The position numbers and the translations under genes were made by a program. This document shows, in pieces, positions 1 to 18,122 of a stretch of DNA of 64,000 nucleotides. Positions within the stretch are counted from its first letter, which is position 1. The number at the start of each line of letters is the position of its first letter. The stretch lies in the NCBI RefSeq assembly GCF_058153355.1, contig NZ_CM177019.1; one strand, given 5' to 3'. The notes under the pieces were generated by a model. It was not told where the DNA came from. It ran no database searches and saw only the letters and a program-made list of their open reading frames with translations.

Positions 1-9
1 CCCAACTGT

Positions 10-1587
10 TTGCCGTTTCTATCAACAGTTTGTTGCATTTGCAGACAATTTGTTGGCGAAAATCTTTGCAGCTTTGCTGATTCTCCCTCATTATTTGAAA
101 TGTGGTTTCACTTTCTGCAATTAAGGTCGGCTTTGAATATCTCCTCTGCTTTACGCCAGGTTGTTCACGGCACTCGCTGGCACGCTAAACGCAAGAGCTA
201 CAAAGTGTTGTTCTGGCGCGAGATAACCCCGCTTGCTGTTCCTATCTTCATGGAGAATGCCTGTGTCCTGTTGATGGGGGTTCTGAGCACTTTTCTGGTC
301 AGCTGGCTGGGAAAAGATGCGATGGCCGGCGTGGGATTGGCGGACAGCTTCAATATGGTCATTATGGCTTTTTTTGCTGCTATCGATCTTGGTACTACTG
401 TCGTTGTGGCATTTAGTCTCGGTAAGCGGGATCGACGACGAGCGAGGGTGGCGACGCGGCAGTCATTGGTGATCATGACGTTGTTTGCCGTACTGTTGGC
501 AACGCTTATTCATCATTTTGGCGAGCAAATTATTGATTTCGTCGCGGGTGATGCCACGACAGAAGTTAAAGCACTGGCGTTGACTTATCTGGAGCTGACG
601 GTACTCAGTTATCCAGCAGCTGCCATCACTTTGATTGGTAGCGGGGCACTTCGTGGTGCAGGGAATACGAAAATACCGCTACTGATTAACGGTAGCCTGA
701 ATATTCTTAATATTATTATTAGCGGCATATTGATTTACGGCCTTTTCTCCTGGCTGGGACTGGGATTTGTCGGGGCTGGGTTGGGGTTAACCATTTCTCG
801 TTATATTGGCGCAGTGGCAATTTTGTGGGTGCTGGCGATTGGTTTTAATCCTGCGCTAAGGATTTCGTTAAAGAGCTATTTTAAACCGCTGAATTTTAGC
901 ATTATCTGGGAAGTCATGGGGATTGGTATTCCCGCGAGTGTCGAATCAGTGTTATTTACCAGTGGTCGGTTATTAACCCAAATGTTCGTTGCCGGGATGG
1001 GGACCAGTGTTATTGCCGGAAATTTTATCGCGTTTTCAATTGCGGCTCTTATCAACTTACCCGGAAGTGCGCTCGGCTCTGCTTCTACGATCATTACAGG
1101 CCGAAGGTTGGGTGTAGGACAGATAGCGCAAGCAGAGATTCAGTTGCGGCATGTGTTCTGGCTTTCCACTCTTGGATTAACGGCCATCGCCTGGCTAACG
1201 GCTCCCTTTGCCGGGGTTATGGCATCGTTTTACACCCAGGATCCACAGGTTAAACATGTCGTTGTGATTCTGATTTGGCTAAATGCTTTATTTATGCCTA
1301 TTTGGTCTGCCTCATGGGTGCTACCCGCTGGATTTAAGGGTGCTCGCGATGCACGTTACGCCATGTGGGTTTCTATGTTGAGCATGTGGGGTTGCCGGGT
1401 TGTAGTCGGTTATGTGCTGGGAATCATGCTTGGCTGGGGTGTGGTTGGTGTCTGGATGGGAATGTTTGCCGACTGGGCTGTGCGGGCCGTGCTGTTTTAC
1501 TGGCGCATGGTTACTGGACGTTGGCTGTGGAAATACCCTAGACCTGAGCCGCAAAAGTGTGAAAAAAAGCCAGTTGTGTCGGAATAA
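10..1587 (+). CDS. yeeO: MATE-family efflux transporter YeeO
   Basis: 525-aa ORF, multi-TM hydrophobic profile; matches remembered YeeO and sits beside tRNA-Asn and yeeN. ORF begins with TTG; true start may be an internal ATG near 100. Confidence 0.8.
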   Translation: MPFLSTVCCICRQFVGENLCSFADSPSLFEMWFHFLQLRSALNISSALRQVVHGTRWHAKRKSYKVLFWREITPLAVPIFMENACVLLMGVLSTFLVSWLGKDAMAGVGLADSFNMVIMAFFAAIDLGTTVVVAFSLGKRDRRRARVATRQSLVIMTLFAVLLATLIHHFGEQIIDFVAGDATTEVKALALTYLELTVLSYPAAAITLIGSGALRGAGNTKIPLLINGSLNILNIIISGILIYGLFSWLGLGFVGAGLGLTISRYIGAVAILWVLAIGFNPALRISLKSYFKPLNFSIIWEVMGIGIPASVESVLFTSGRLLTQMFVAGMGTSVIAGNFIAFSIAALINLPGSALGSASTIITGRRLGVGQIAQAEIQLRHVFWLSTLGLTAIAWLTAPFAGVMASFYTQDPQVKHVVVILIWLNALFMPIWSASWVLPAGFKGARDARYAMWVSMLSMWGCRVVVGYVLGIMLGWGVVGVWMGMFADWAVRAVLFYWRMVTGRWLWKYPRPEPQKCEKKPVVSE

Positions 1588-1640
1588 ACGACAAAGTGCA
1601 GATTATTTCAGCAAACGATTTCAAATTTAAAAAACAGGCT

Positions 1641-1669
1641 TTGACATTGTGGATGGGCGTCGCTAATAT
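1641..1669 (+). promoter_or_regulatory. sigma70-like promoter for tRNA-Asn (TTGACA-17 bp-TAATAT, GC-rich discriminator)
   Basis: TTGACA and TAATAT hexamers with 17-bp spacer about 20 bp upstream of the tRNA. Confidence 0.5.
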
Positions 1670-1687
1670 TCGCCTCGTTCTCACGAT

Positions 1688-1763
1688 TCCTCTGTAGTTC
1701 AGTCGGTAGAACGGCGGACTGTTAATCCGTATGTCACTGGTTCGAGTCCAGTCAGAGGAGCCA
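1688..1763 (+). tRNA. asnW: tRNA-Asn (GUU)
   Basis: 76-nt sequence TCCTCTGTAGTTCAGTCGGTAGAACGGCGGACTGTTAATCCGTATGTCACTGGTTCGAGTCCAGTCAGAGGAGCCA; symbol by synteny between yeeO and yeeN. Confidence 0.9.
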
Positions 1764-2213
1764 AATTTTAGTTTTGAGACATCTCTATGAGTCTCAAGAC
1801 AGTTAAAAAATAAAAATTATTTTTACCCGGTTACCTTGTAAAAAAGTGACTGGGTTTTTTGATTTCTGTGTTTCGTGCGCTTAATCGAGTCTCACGCTTC
1901 AGTTAGCAAATTGCCCCCCAACAGACATCACGATTCGCAAGGTCAAAAAATTCGTTCCGTGAAGTACCGTACAAAGGTATAGAGAAAAATGCCTTATGCG
2001 GGATGTTGCTGTCGCGTTTTTATCGGGAAACTAAACGTAATTGCCACTTTGTCTTCTGTAATCAGAAAAAGAAAACCTGGAATTTTAATAAATATTATTT
2101 CTCTGGGGCCGGTATTTTTATAATCAATATGACGAGTTGAATATTATATTTATTATAAGAATCATATGAGATTAAAGAAATCTGCCATAAAGACAGATTT
2201 CTTTAAAATATAA

Positions 2214-2930
2214 TTAGAGATTTGCGACGTTATGATAAACTTTTTGAACATCGTCGTCATCTTCAAGGGCATCAACAAGCCCTTCAAAGATTTCTAAATC
2301 TTCTGGTGAAAGCTCAACTTCAGATTGAGCGATCATTTCTAATTCTGTTGTTGAGAACTCAGTGATTCCAGCTGCTTTTAGAGCCGCGATTCCTTTATGA
2401 AGGTCAGTTGGTTCAGTATAAATAACAATGTTACCTTCTTCTTCGGTCACATCACGAACATCAACTTCAGCTTCAAGTAAAATTTCAAAAATATGGTCAG
2501 GGTCTGTACCTTTAAATACAATCACACCCGTATTGTCAAACATATAGCTGACAGAACCTGCCGCTCCGATATTGCCGCCTTTTTTATTGAAAATTGTGCG
2601 AACGTTAGCAATCGTACGGTTAACATTTGAAGTCAAGGTTTCAGCGATAATCATTGAGCCATTAGGACCAAAGCCTTCATAACGGCCCTGCACGAACGTT
2701 TCATCTCCGCCGCCTTTGGCTTTATCAATTGCTTTATCAATAACATGCTTTGGAACTTGTGCCTGCTTTGCTCGTTCAATAACGAATTTTAAAGATGTGT
2801 TTAATTCTGGATCGGGTTCACCTTGTTTGGCAGCAGCATAGATTTCTACACCGAATTTTGCATAAATTTTAGACGTCGCACCGTCTTTAGCCGTTTTTTT
2901 AGCAACAATATTGGCCCATTTACGTCCCAC
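2214..2930 (-). CDS. yeeN: YebC/PmpR-family transcriptional regulator YeeN
   Basis: 238-aa ORF starting [12 protein letters not shown], typical of the YebC family. Confidence 0.85.
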
Positions 2931-3271
2931 TGGAATGATCTCCTCGAAAATTTATTTACATTACTGGTAAATCGTTAACATGCGTTAATTCGGCATATTA
3001 TATCATAACAGGAAAAATCTCGTCTATTAGAAATAAAAATATTCTAAATCCATAATCTTATATTTAATCTCATAAAAACTAATGTTGTTGGCGGATTTTT
3101 TTATAATTGTATTTTGAAAGCATACTTGCTTTTAATATATGGAAATCATTAAGGCTATAATAAAACTCGTATCCGCCCCAGGAAGCAAACAGCCTGCTTT
3201 ATTGCAGGCTATTTGCTGGATGACTTACTAAATCCTTCACATCTATTCCTGATAAAAAGGAACAGAACTTA

Positions 3272-4726
3272 TTACCGGAACGGCGGTTCATTAAAGGTTC
3301 GTAATTTACGTGAATGCAGTCGGTCGCCTTCTGCGCGCAGCAAATCGATCGCCCGAATGCCAATTTGCAGGTGTTCGGAAATAGCGCCTTCATAAAAACG
3401 GTTAGCCTGACCGGGAAGTTTAATCTCACCATGCAACGGTTTATCTGAAACACACAGTAGTGTCCCGTATGGCACGCGGAAACGATATCCTTGCGCGGCA
3501 ATGGTTGCACTTTCCATATCAATTGCTACGGCCCGGCTTAAGTTAAAACGAAGTGCAGAAGCTGAGTAACGTAATTCCCAGTTCCTGTCATCTGTGGTTA
3601 CCACAGTGCCAGTACGTAGCCGCTGTTTAACTTCCTCTCCGGGCCTGCCGCTGACTAACTTGGTAGCGTCATAAAGCGCACGTTGCACTTCAGCAATGCT
3701 CGGAATAGGAATATCGGGCGGCAGTACCGCATCAAGAACGTGGTCATCGCGTAAATAAGCGTGTGCAAGTACATAATCTCCAATGGCCTGGCTTTCACGT
3801 AAGCCACCACAGTGACCAATCATCAACCAGACATCCGGGCGCAGCACCGCCAGATGATCGCAGATGGTTTTAGCATTTGACGGTCCCACGCCAATATTCA
3901 CCAGAGTAATACCCTGACCATCGGCGGTAATTAAATGCCATGCTGGCATCTGGTGTTTTTTCCATGCAAGGTCGGAAATGGCTTCTTCTGGCGCTTCGGT
4001 TTCGGCGGTGATCCAGTTCCCGCCAGCACAAGAAAGGGCAATGTAGGGACTATCAGGGTCGAGGATCTGGCTGCATCCCCAACGAACGAATTCATCCACA
4101 TAACGTGTGTAGTTGGTAAACAAGACGAACGGCTGAAAATGTTCAACTGGCGTACCGGTATAATGGCGCAACCGCGCGAGGGAAAAATCGACGCGGCGCG
4201 CATCAAAATGCGATAGCGGGGAGAATTCCGTTGGATGATAAATGCCGTCTGCAGTTTCATCGCCAATTTGCGCCAGTTCTGTTGTCGGGAAGTAGCGAGT
4301 TAATCCAGCGCTCATTGAGCGATCAAGTGTCAATTCAGAGCCATCGATGACATAAGGATAAGGGATTTCATGCTGCGAGGGTTGCACCGAGATATGCGCA
4401 CCATAATCCTGATACAGCAACGTAAGTTGTTCATTCAGATACGAACGAAAGAGAGTAGGGCGAGTAATCGTGGTGGTGTAGCTGCCTGCGTGGGTAAAAC
4501 GACCAAATGCGCGCGTTTTGGGGGGATTTGTTGTGCTACCGTCCCAGGTTACGGTCAGTGATGGATAGACAAAAAGACCTTCTTTACGGGCATTTTCATC
4601 AGGTAATTCGCCACTTTTAATATAGTTGCCAATGGCATTGCGTAAAGCGACTACAGATTGCTCATACAGCGCGTCGAGTTTTTCCAGTGCCTGAGCTGGG
4701 GTCAGACCGGAGCCCTTATTATTCAT
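3272..4726 (-). CDS. amn: AMP nucleosidase
   Basis: ORF 3272-4882 contains the Amn sequence from internal Met (MNNKGSGLTPAQALEKLDALYEQ); start placed at that Met (484 aa). Confidence 0.85.
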   Translation of the reverse strand: MNNKGSGLTPAQALEKLDALYEQSVVALRNAIGNYIKSGELPDENARKEGLFVYPSLTVTWDGSTTNPPKTRAFGRFTHAGSYTTTITRPTLFRSYLNEQLTLLYQDYGAHISVQPSQHEIPYPYVIDGSELTLDRSMSAGLTRYFPTTELAQIGDETADGIYHPTEFSPLSHFDARRVDFSLARLRHYTGTPVEHFQPFVLFTNYTRYVDEFVRWGCSQILDPDSPYIALSCAGGNWITAETEAPEEAISDLAWKKHQMPAWHLITADGQGITLVNIGVGPSNAKTICDHLAVLRPDVWLMIGHCGGLRESQAIGDYVLAHAYLRDDHVLDAVLPPDIPIPSIAEVQRALYDATKLVSGRPGEEVKQRLRTGTVVTTDDRNWELRYSASALRFNLSRAVAIDMESATIAAQGYRFRVPYGTLLCVSDKPLHGEIKLPGQANRFYEGAISEHLQIGIRAIDLLRAEGDRLHSRKLRTFNEPPFR

Positions 4727-4827
4727 GTGTGTCTCCTGTTCCATACAATTACCGCACTTCCGATAGTATGTCACAGGAATGTGAAACAAAAGTGTAAGGC
4801 GAAGATCGGATGATCTTCGCCAGGCTA

Positions 4828-6144
4828 TTAAGCGCGTTGATTGTCTTTCATCAACAAAGCGGTCATTGCGGAAATCAGGCATCCAGCCAGTAAATAAATG
4901 GCGACGCTATGCCAGTTCCCGGCAAAGTAAGTGATAAGTGCAGCGGCAATGAAAGGTGTAAATCCACCGCCAACCACACTGGCAACCTGATATCCGATTC
5001 CAGCACCACTGTAGCGATAACTGGCACCAAACATTTCGGTAAACATCGGTTGTTGCACGCACACCACCATGTCATGCGCAATGTTTGCCAGCATTATGGA
5101 GAAGAAAACTATCCAGAAAATGGATTGTGCTTCAAGCGCCATAAAGAAAGGAAATGCGCTCAACGTTCCGATTAACGCACCTGTGATATAAACTCTGCGG
5201 CGACCAAAACGATCGGCAAGCCAGGCAAAACAGGGAATTGTCAGACAGCTTAGTCCACCTACCAGCAAACCAATATTGAGGAAAAGTTCGCGCGGTAACC
5301 CCATATTCTGGGTTGAATAATTAAGTGCGAAGGCGGTAACGATGTACATCGTCAGCAACTCGCACAGTCGTAGCGCAATAATCTTCAGAAAAGCACCGGG
5401 ATGTCGTAACAGTGCTTCGATAACCGGGATGCGTTTTTGCGCTGCCGCTTGATTATGTTGCTGTTGTTCAAATTCCGCGGACTCCTCCATGCCATTACGC
5501 ACCCACAATGCCCCCAGTACCAGTACGATGCTAAACAGGAAAGGAATGCGCCAGCCCCAGCTTAAAAACTGTTCGTCAGTCGTCATCATACTGATCAATG
5601 AAACCAGTCCGGTCGAAAGCAGTAAACCTACTCCGTAGCCAACTTGTACACCGCTACTGTAAAAGGCTTTTTTATTTTTCGGTGCACTTTCAACGGAAAG
5701 TAACGCCGCGCCTCCCCATTCGCCGCCGACAGCAAATCCCTGAATGGCACGCAGCGTCACCAGTAAAATGGGGGCCCACCACCCAATAGTCGAGAATGAA
5801 GGAAGAATACCAATCAAGGCTGTCGCGATACCCATCATCCAGACGGTCAGCATTAACATGCGCTTACGTCCCAGTCGGTCGCCAAAGTGACCGAAAATGA
5901 CACCGCCGAGCGGACGGAACAGGAATCCGACACCAAAGGTGGCAAATGCGGCGAGCGTTCCCATAGCCGGGCTTACTTGCGGGAAAAACTCGCGATTAAA
6001 CACCAGTGCGGCGGTAATGCCATAGAGTAAAAAATCATACCAGTCGACGACGGCACCAGCGAAACTGCCTAACGCAGCTCGTCGGGCGCGACTTAACGAA
6101 AGCGTCCCTTCATCGGGACGAGTGGAGATGAGCGTGGAGTCCAT
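4828..6144 (-). CDS. shiA: shikimate/dehydroshikimate MFS transporter
   Basis: 438-aa MFS-type ORF starting MDSTLISTRPDEGTLSLSRARR; position beside amn. Confidence 0.85.
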   Translation of the reverse strand: MDSTLISTRPDEGTLSLSRARRAALGSFAGAVVDWYDFLLYGITAALVFNREFFPQVSPAMGTLAAFATFGVGFLFRPLGGVIFGHFGDRLGRKRMLMLTVWMMGIATALIGILPSFSTIGWWAPILLVTLRAIQGFAVGGEWGGAALLSVESAPKNKKAFYSSGVQVGYGVGLLLSTGLVSLISMMTTDEQFLSWGWRIPFLFSIVLVLGALWVRNGMEESAEFEQQQHNQAAAQKRIPVIEALLRHPGAFLKIIALRLCELLTMYIVTAFALNYSTQNMGLPRELFLNIGLLVGGLSCLTIPCFAWLADRFGRRRVYITGALIGTLSAFPFFMALEAQSIFWIVFFSIMLANIAHDMVVCVQQPMFTEMFGASYRYSGAGIGYQVASVVGGGFTPFIAAALITYFAGNWHSVAIYLLAGCLISAMTALLMKDNQRA

Positions 6145-6449
6145 AATGATCCTGTTTGTACTGTCTTTTTATAATTAGTATGGAAAAGGTAACTCACATT
6201 GCCGTCGATCTATAAACGAACCTTATGAGACTACCGCGCCAGAGCGCTTCTGCAAATGATTTTATGGCTGATTAACGGCAACATGAAAAATTCGATGGAA
6301 GATGAAATCGCAGGAGTTGCATAAGGATTGAGCAGAGCACCTACAGTTTTGAGATATGAAACATAAAAGTCCGCATATGCACAAAATTGCACCCTGATGA
6401 TTCTGATAGACTGCATTGCATTATAACCAGTAGGGAGGCGAGGTTAGGT

Positions 6450-7520
6450 ATGTTTTTAGCATCATTGTTGAGACGTATTGCATTTAGTTACTACGATTAT
6501 AAAGCTAATAATTTCAATATTGAAAAAACAGAGTTTGTTGTCATCCATATTCCCGATCAGATTGGCGATGCTATGGCTATCTTTCCAGTGATTCGGGCGC
6601 TTGAATTGCATAAAATCAAGCATCTTTTAATAGTTACTTCGACAATTAATTTAGAAGTCTTTAATGCGCTCAAACTTGAACATACTAAATTAACATTAGT
6701 CACAATGACTATGCAGGATCACGCAACATTAAAAGAAATAAAAGATTTAGCGAAGAACATAACACAGCAATACGGTACGCCGGATCTTTGTATAGAGGCA
6801 ATGCGTAAAAAGAACCTGAAAACGATGTTATTTATCAGTCAGTTGAAAGCAAAAACAAATTTTCAGGTTGTTGGTTTAACCATGAAGTGCTACTCCCCTT
6901 TGTGTAAGAACGCCTCCCGGATGGATCAACATCTCCGGGCTCCCGTACCCATGACATGGGCGTTTATGATGCGTGAAGCGGGTTATCCGCCAGTCAGGCC
7001 AATATATGAATTACCATTAAGCGAGCAGGTAATAAATGAAGTACGTGAGGAATTGTGCACTTTAGGATCTTACATTGCGCTTAATTTAGATGGCAGCGTG
7101 CAGGAACGCACATTTTCGTTATCAGTAGCTGAGAAACTCATCGCCAAAATTCAAAGTGATAATGATATGCCAATAGTCATTGTTCATGGACCAAAAGGGG
7201 AAGATAAAGCCCGGAAATTAGCGGGTTGTTATAATAATGTCTACCGGCTATCCTTATCACCCTCGATTAAACGTTCAGCAGCAATCATAAAAGATGCTTA
7301 TATCGCAATAACCCCTGATACCTCAATATTACATATGGCAAGTGCCTATAATACCCCCGTCGTTGCAATTTATGCTGATTACAAAACGCGGTGGCCTGCG
7401 ATGGCAGATATCTCGGAGTCAGTGGTCGTTGGGCAAAAAATTGATCATATAAGTTTGGATGAATTCGGAAAGGCGCTAAAAAGTGCTTTGGAGAGAGTAT
7501 GTGTCAGTACTTACGTATAG
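6450..7520 (+). CDS. yeeL: glycosyltransferase family 9 (heptosyltransferase-like) protein YeeL, apparently intact
   Basis: ORF 6387-7520; start placed at internal ATG preceded by GGGAGG. Position between shiA and yeeJ. Confidence 0.6.
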   Translation: MFLASLLRRIAFSYYDYKANNFNIEKTEFVVIHIPDQIGDAMAIFPVIRALELHKIKHLLIVTSTINLEVFNALKLEHTKLTLVTMTMQDHATLKEIKDLAKNITQQYGTPDLCIEAMRKKNLKTMLFISQLKAKTNFQVVGLTMKCYSPLCKNASRMDQHLRAPVPMTWAFMMREAGYPPVRPIYELPLSEQVINEVREELCTLGSYIALNLDGSVQERTFSLSVAEKLIAKIQSDNDMPIVIVHGPKGEDKARKLAGCYNNVYRLSLSPSIKRSAAIIKDAYIAITPDTSILHMASAYNTPVVAIYADYKTRWPAMADISESVVVGQKIDHISLDEFGKALKSALERVCVSTYV

Positions 7521-7818
7521 AAGGTAATGCCGATCTATGCTGAACAGGGGACATTAATACCCTGAGGTTGGTCAATCACCACAAAAAAAGCCTTTGAATC
7601 AAAGCAATACTCACCGAATAATAAGGCAACCTGAACTTAAATCCCCGTTAACTGCCATACATTATTATGACTTGCACTGATGTAATTAGCTAAATATTAT
7701 CGTGATTTGACTAAATAGCAAAAATGATAGCTATCAAAAATAGCTCATATACTTTGTTTCCCGCTGCCGTAGAATAGATGGTCCTTCCATGTTTCAAGCA
7801 TTTATTCAAAAAAAAGGG

Positions 7819-7872
7819 GGCTCGACTGTCTTACGATAAACAGAGAGGGATTGTAAAGTCGAGTGCCCCTAA
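7819..7872 (-). terminator. Rho-independent terminator downstream of yeeJ
   Basis: GC-rich hairpin (GGGGCACTCGACT...AGTCGAGCCCC on the minus strand) followed by a T-run. Confidence 0.5.
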
Positions 7873-7899
7873 TGGAGCACTCTATAAAAAAATCAACAA

Positions 7900-15888
<7,989 letters not shown>

Positions 15889-16196
15889 GCTTACCTTCCC
15901 TGAACGAGCTAACATAAATGCGCCCTTTCTAGCACAGCGAAAAAATATAAATCCTGATAGCAATATGATTGAAAATTAATAACTTTTCGTTAAGCAGTTT
16001 TGGGTGTGAGTTGCAAGAGGGGAGACTACTGAATAACTCAAGTTTTATAATCGAGGGGAAAATGGTGATGGTGTCCATAGCAAAACGCCCTCAACCATAA
16101 AGATCGAGGGCGCTTAAGATGTCAAAAACCCGCTATCCGTTAAAAAGCAATGCTCAACTAAGGTCAGTGACATTGCGCTAAAAAGCGAATTTTTAG

Positions 16197-16216
16197 AATT
16201 TGGCTCCTCTGACTGG
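16197..16216. repeat. island boundary direct repeat (duplicate of tRNA-Asn 3' end, AATTTGGCTCCTCTGACTGG)
   Basis: Identical 20-mer recurs at 33537-33556, overlapping the 3' end of the minus-strand tRNA-Asn. Confidence 0.75.
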
Positions 16217-16367
16217 GATCGCCGTAGCCATTAACTGGCTGATTGGTAAGCTAAACCTAAAAGTTGGGGTTGTCAAGACCACCAGAATGACCACCTCTTT
16301 ACTTTGAAACTAACGACATATTTTACGCTCATCCCTCAGTCAATCGTAAGCTAATAAACAACACCAA

Positions 16368-16748
16368 CTACGGTGCTGGTATTATAGTCTCTGCTCCAAA
16401 CCAATTTCCAAGTGTTGTCAGTGCCGCAGGTGACAAAGCTTGGGTGAAAAGGATCGCAAGGCGCTTTTGGGGTCTGGAACAAGCGACGTAAAACAAATTT
16501 CGGTTTCGTTCAAATGAGTCTTGCTTATCGACTGGAATCGTTTGGGCTCCAGCGAATTCCAACATTTCTCCGAAGTTATACTGGTTCCACCCACGCCCAA
16601 CAACAACCAGGACATTCTCAAATTCAGCACCTTTCACACCATGTTTAGTTTCGAATGGAGAATATCCATCAAGATAACGGCGAAGTGATCTGACCTCCGA
16701 ATAGGGAATATTTTTCAGCTTTTCAAGTTCTTTTAATCTTCGGGGCAT
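16368..16748 (-). CDS. UvrD/PcrA-like SF1 helicase, C-terminal segment
   Basis: Carries helicase motif V/VI-like sequences (KGAEFENVLVV, YVACSRPQKRL); same reading frame as 16794-18122, separated by a single TAA. Confidence 0.6.
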   Translation of the reverse strand: MPRRLKELEKLKNIPYSEVRSLRRYLDGYSPFETKHGVKGAEFENVLVVVGRGWNQYNFGEMLEFAGAQTIPVDKQDSFERNRNLFYVACSRPQKRLAILFTQALSPAALTTLGNWFGAETIIPAP

Positions 16749-16793
16749 TTCAACATCAGCCGTTCTGTCAAAATGGAGTAACTCCTGCTCAAA

Positions 16794-18122
16794 TTATTCA
16801 ACCTTATCTGGAAGTCTTGGCTTCCGTTGAGCACGGATGAACTCAATTACGTCGCCAATTGTACCAGTTTCGCGGAGAGCAAGAAGTTGCGTCATTACAT
16901 TGTGCCAACTCACCTTATCTGAATGTCTACGCAACAGTGGTGTAATACCGCCAAGCGCATTAAACATCTCTCCATACTTACGAGCGGTAAAGGCATCACA
17001 GGCGGGTTCCAGTTTGTCTACAAAAAAGGCTATATGTTCATGTTCCTTTTTCGTGAAGGATTCATTGTATTTAAACGCTGCCACTATATTTGAATAGCCC
17101 TGCTGATTGGCTAAAAGTCGATGGGTCAACATGAGAATTTTGGTGTGATTGGGAGAAAAGTCCCAACCATCCTGCTCCAACGTTGTTTTAACTCGTTCCA
17201 GAGTAGCCTGGCCTTCACATAATGGTAAATCACCACTCCAGTGCACGCCTTTTTGACGAACTCCTTGCCAATTGTTTGTATGGAAAACGCGTACTAAACC
17301 TGTAGCTTCGGGATCTTTAACACACTGCGGTAGCTCAGGTCTCATACGATTAAGGGCATCAACAATTATCTTGTCCGAACGAAAATTGGCTTCTTTACCT
17401 ATTTCAACCACGTCCTGATGTTCCAGCTTTCCACATCCACCACCATAGATTTTTTGCCAATGGTCGCCGAAAAAACCAAATAAAGGTGCTCTAGCTTGTC
17501 CAAGAAAATGCCGTTTAATTGCCTCAATCCAGTTTTTATCAGTGTCCTGGTACTCATCGACCAGAATGATTGGAAAGCGTTCTGCAATCACTCTACGGAA
17601 TTTTTCGTGCTCCATGAGTGAGACAGTTAAAGAAAGAACATCGTCATGATGAAGAGTTATACGATGGTCGCGAATAGAGCGATGTCCAAGATTATACTCA
17701 ACACTACGATTCCCAAGGCTTCCACCAACTTCTTCGAGCTTTTCTGTCCATGTTGGCATTGTCTCAATCAGTTCTCTCAACGGTTTTTGAAAGCTGCTTA
17801 TTAACGACCAACAGAACGCATGATTGGTATCACAAAAAACGATGGGGCTTCGATCTGTTCGCGCGACGATTTCATCCTTCGCCACGTTAGTAAAGGTGAT
17901 GCAGGCAATTTGCTGGCTACGTTTTTCAAATAAATCCTTATTTCGCTCAATCAAGAATCGAAGTGCCTTAATAAGGGAATACGTTTTACCCGCACCAGCG
18001 CCAGCTTCCAGCCGGAAGCTTCGTCCTTCACTGAGGCAAGCATACATAGATTCCAAAGCTCGCTGGCTAGCAGCTTCGGCGGGCGAATGGATCTCAGACA
18101 TCAGCGCTGGCTCCTTCTTCAA
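16794..18122 (-). CDS. UvrD/PcrA-like SF1 helicase, N-terminal segment
   Basis: Walker A GAGAGKTY, motif II ILVDEYQDT, motif III-like FFGDHWQKIY; start overlaps the upstream OLD-family gene by 29 nt. Confidence 0.7.
   Translation of the reverse strand: MKKEPALMSEIHSPAEAASQRALESMYACLSEGRSFRLEAGAGAGKTYSLIKALRFLIERNKDLFEKRSQQIACITFTNVAKDEIVARTDRSPIVFCDTNHAFCWSLISSFQKPLRELIETMPTWTEKLEEVGGSLGNRSVEYNLGHRSIRDHRITLHHDDVLSLTVSLMEHEKFRRVIAERFPIILVDEYQDTDKNWIEAIKRHFLGQARAPLFGFFGDHWQKIYGGGCGKLEHQDVVEIGKEANFRSDKIIVDALNRMRPELPQCVKDPEATGLVRVFHTNNWQGVRQKGVHWSGDLPLCEGQATLERVKTTLEQDGWDFSPNHTKILMLTHRLLANQQGYSNIVAAFKYNESFTKKEHEHIAFFVDKLEPACDAFTARKYGEMFNALGGITPLLRRHSDKVSWHNVMTQLLALRETGTIGDVIEFIRAQRKPRLPDKVE

Noticed and set aside
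198-1630. Antisense and overlapping small ORFs within yeeO (198-476, 876-1094, 1321-1554, 1412-1630)
   Set aside because: All lie within or overlap the transporter gene in other frames, with no independent support.
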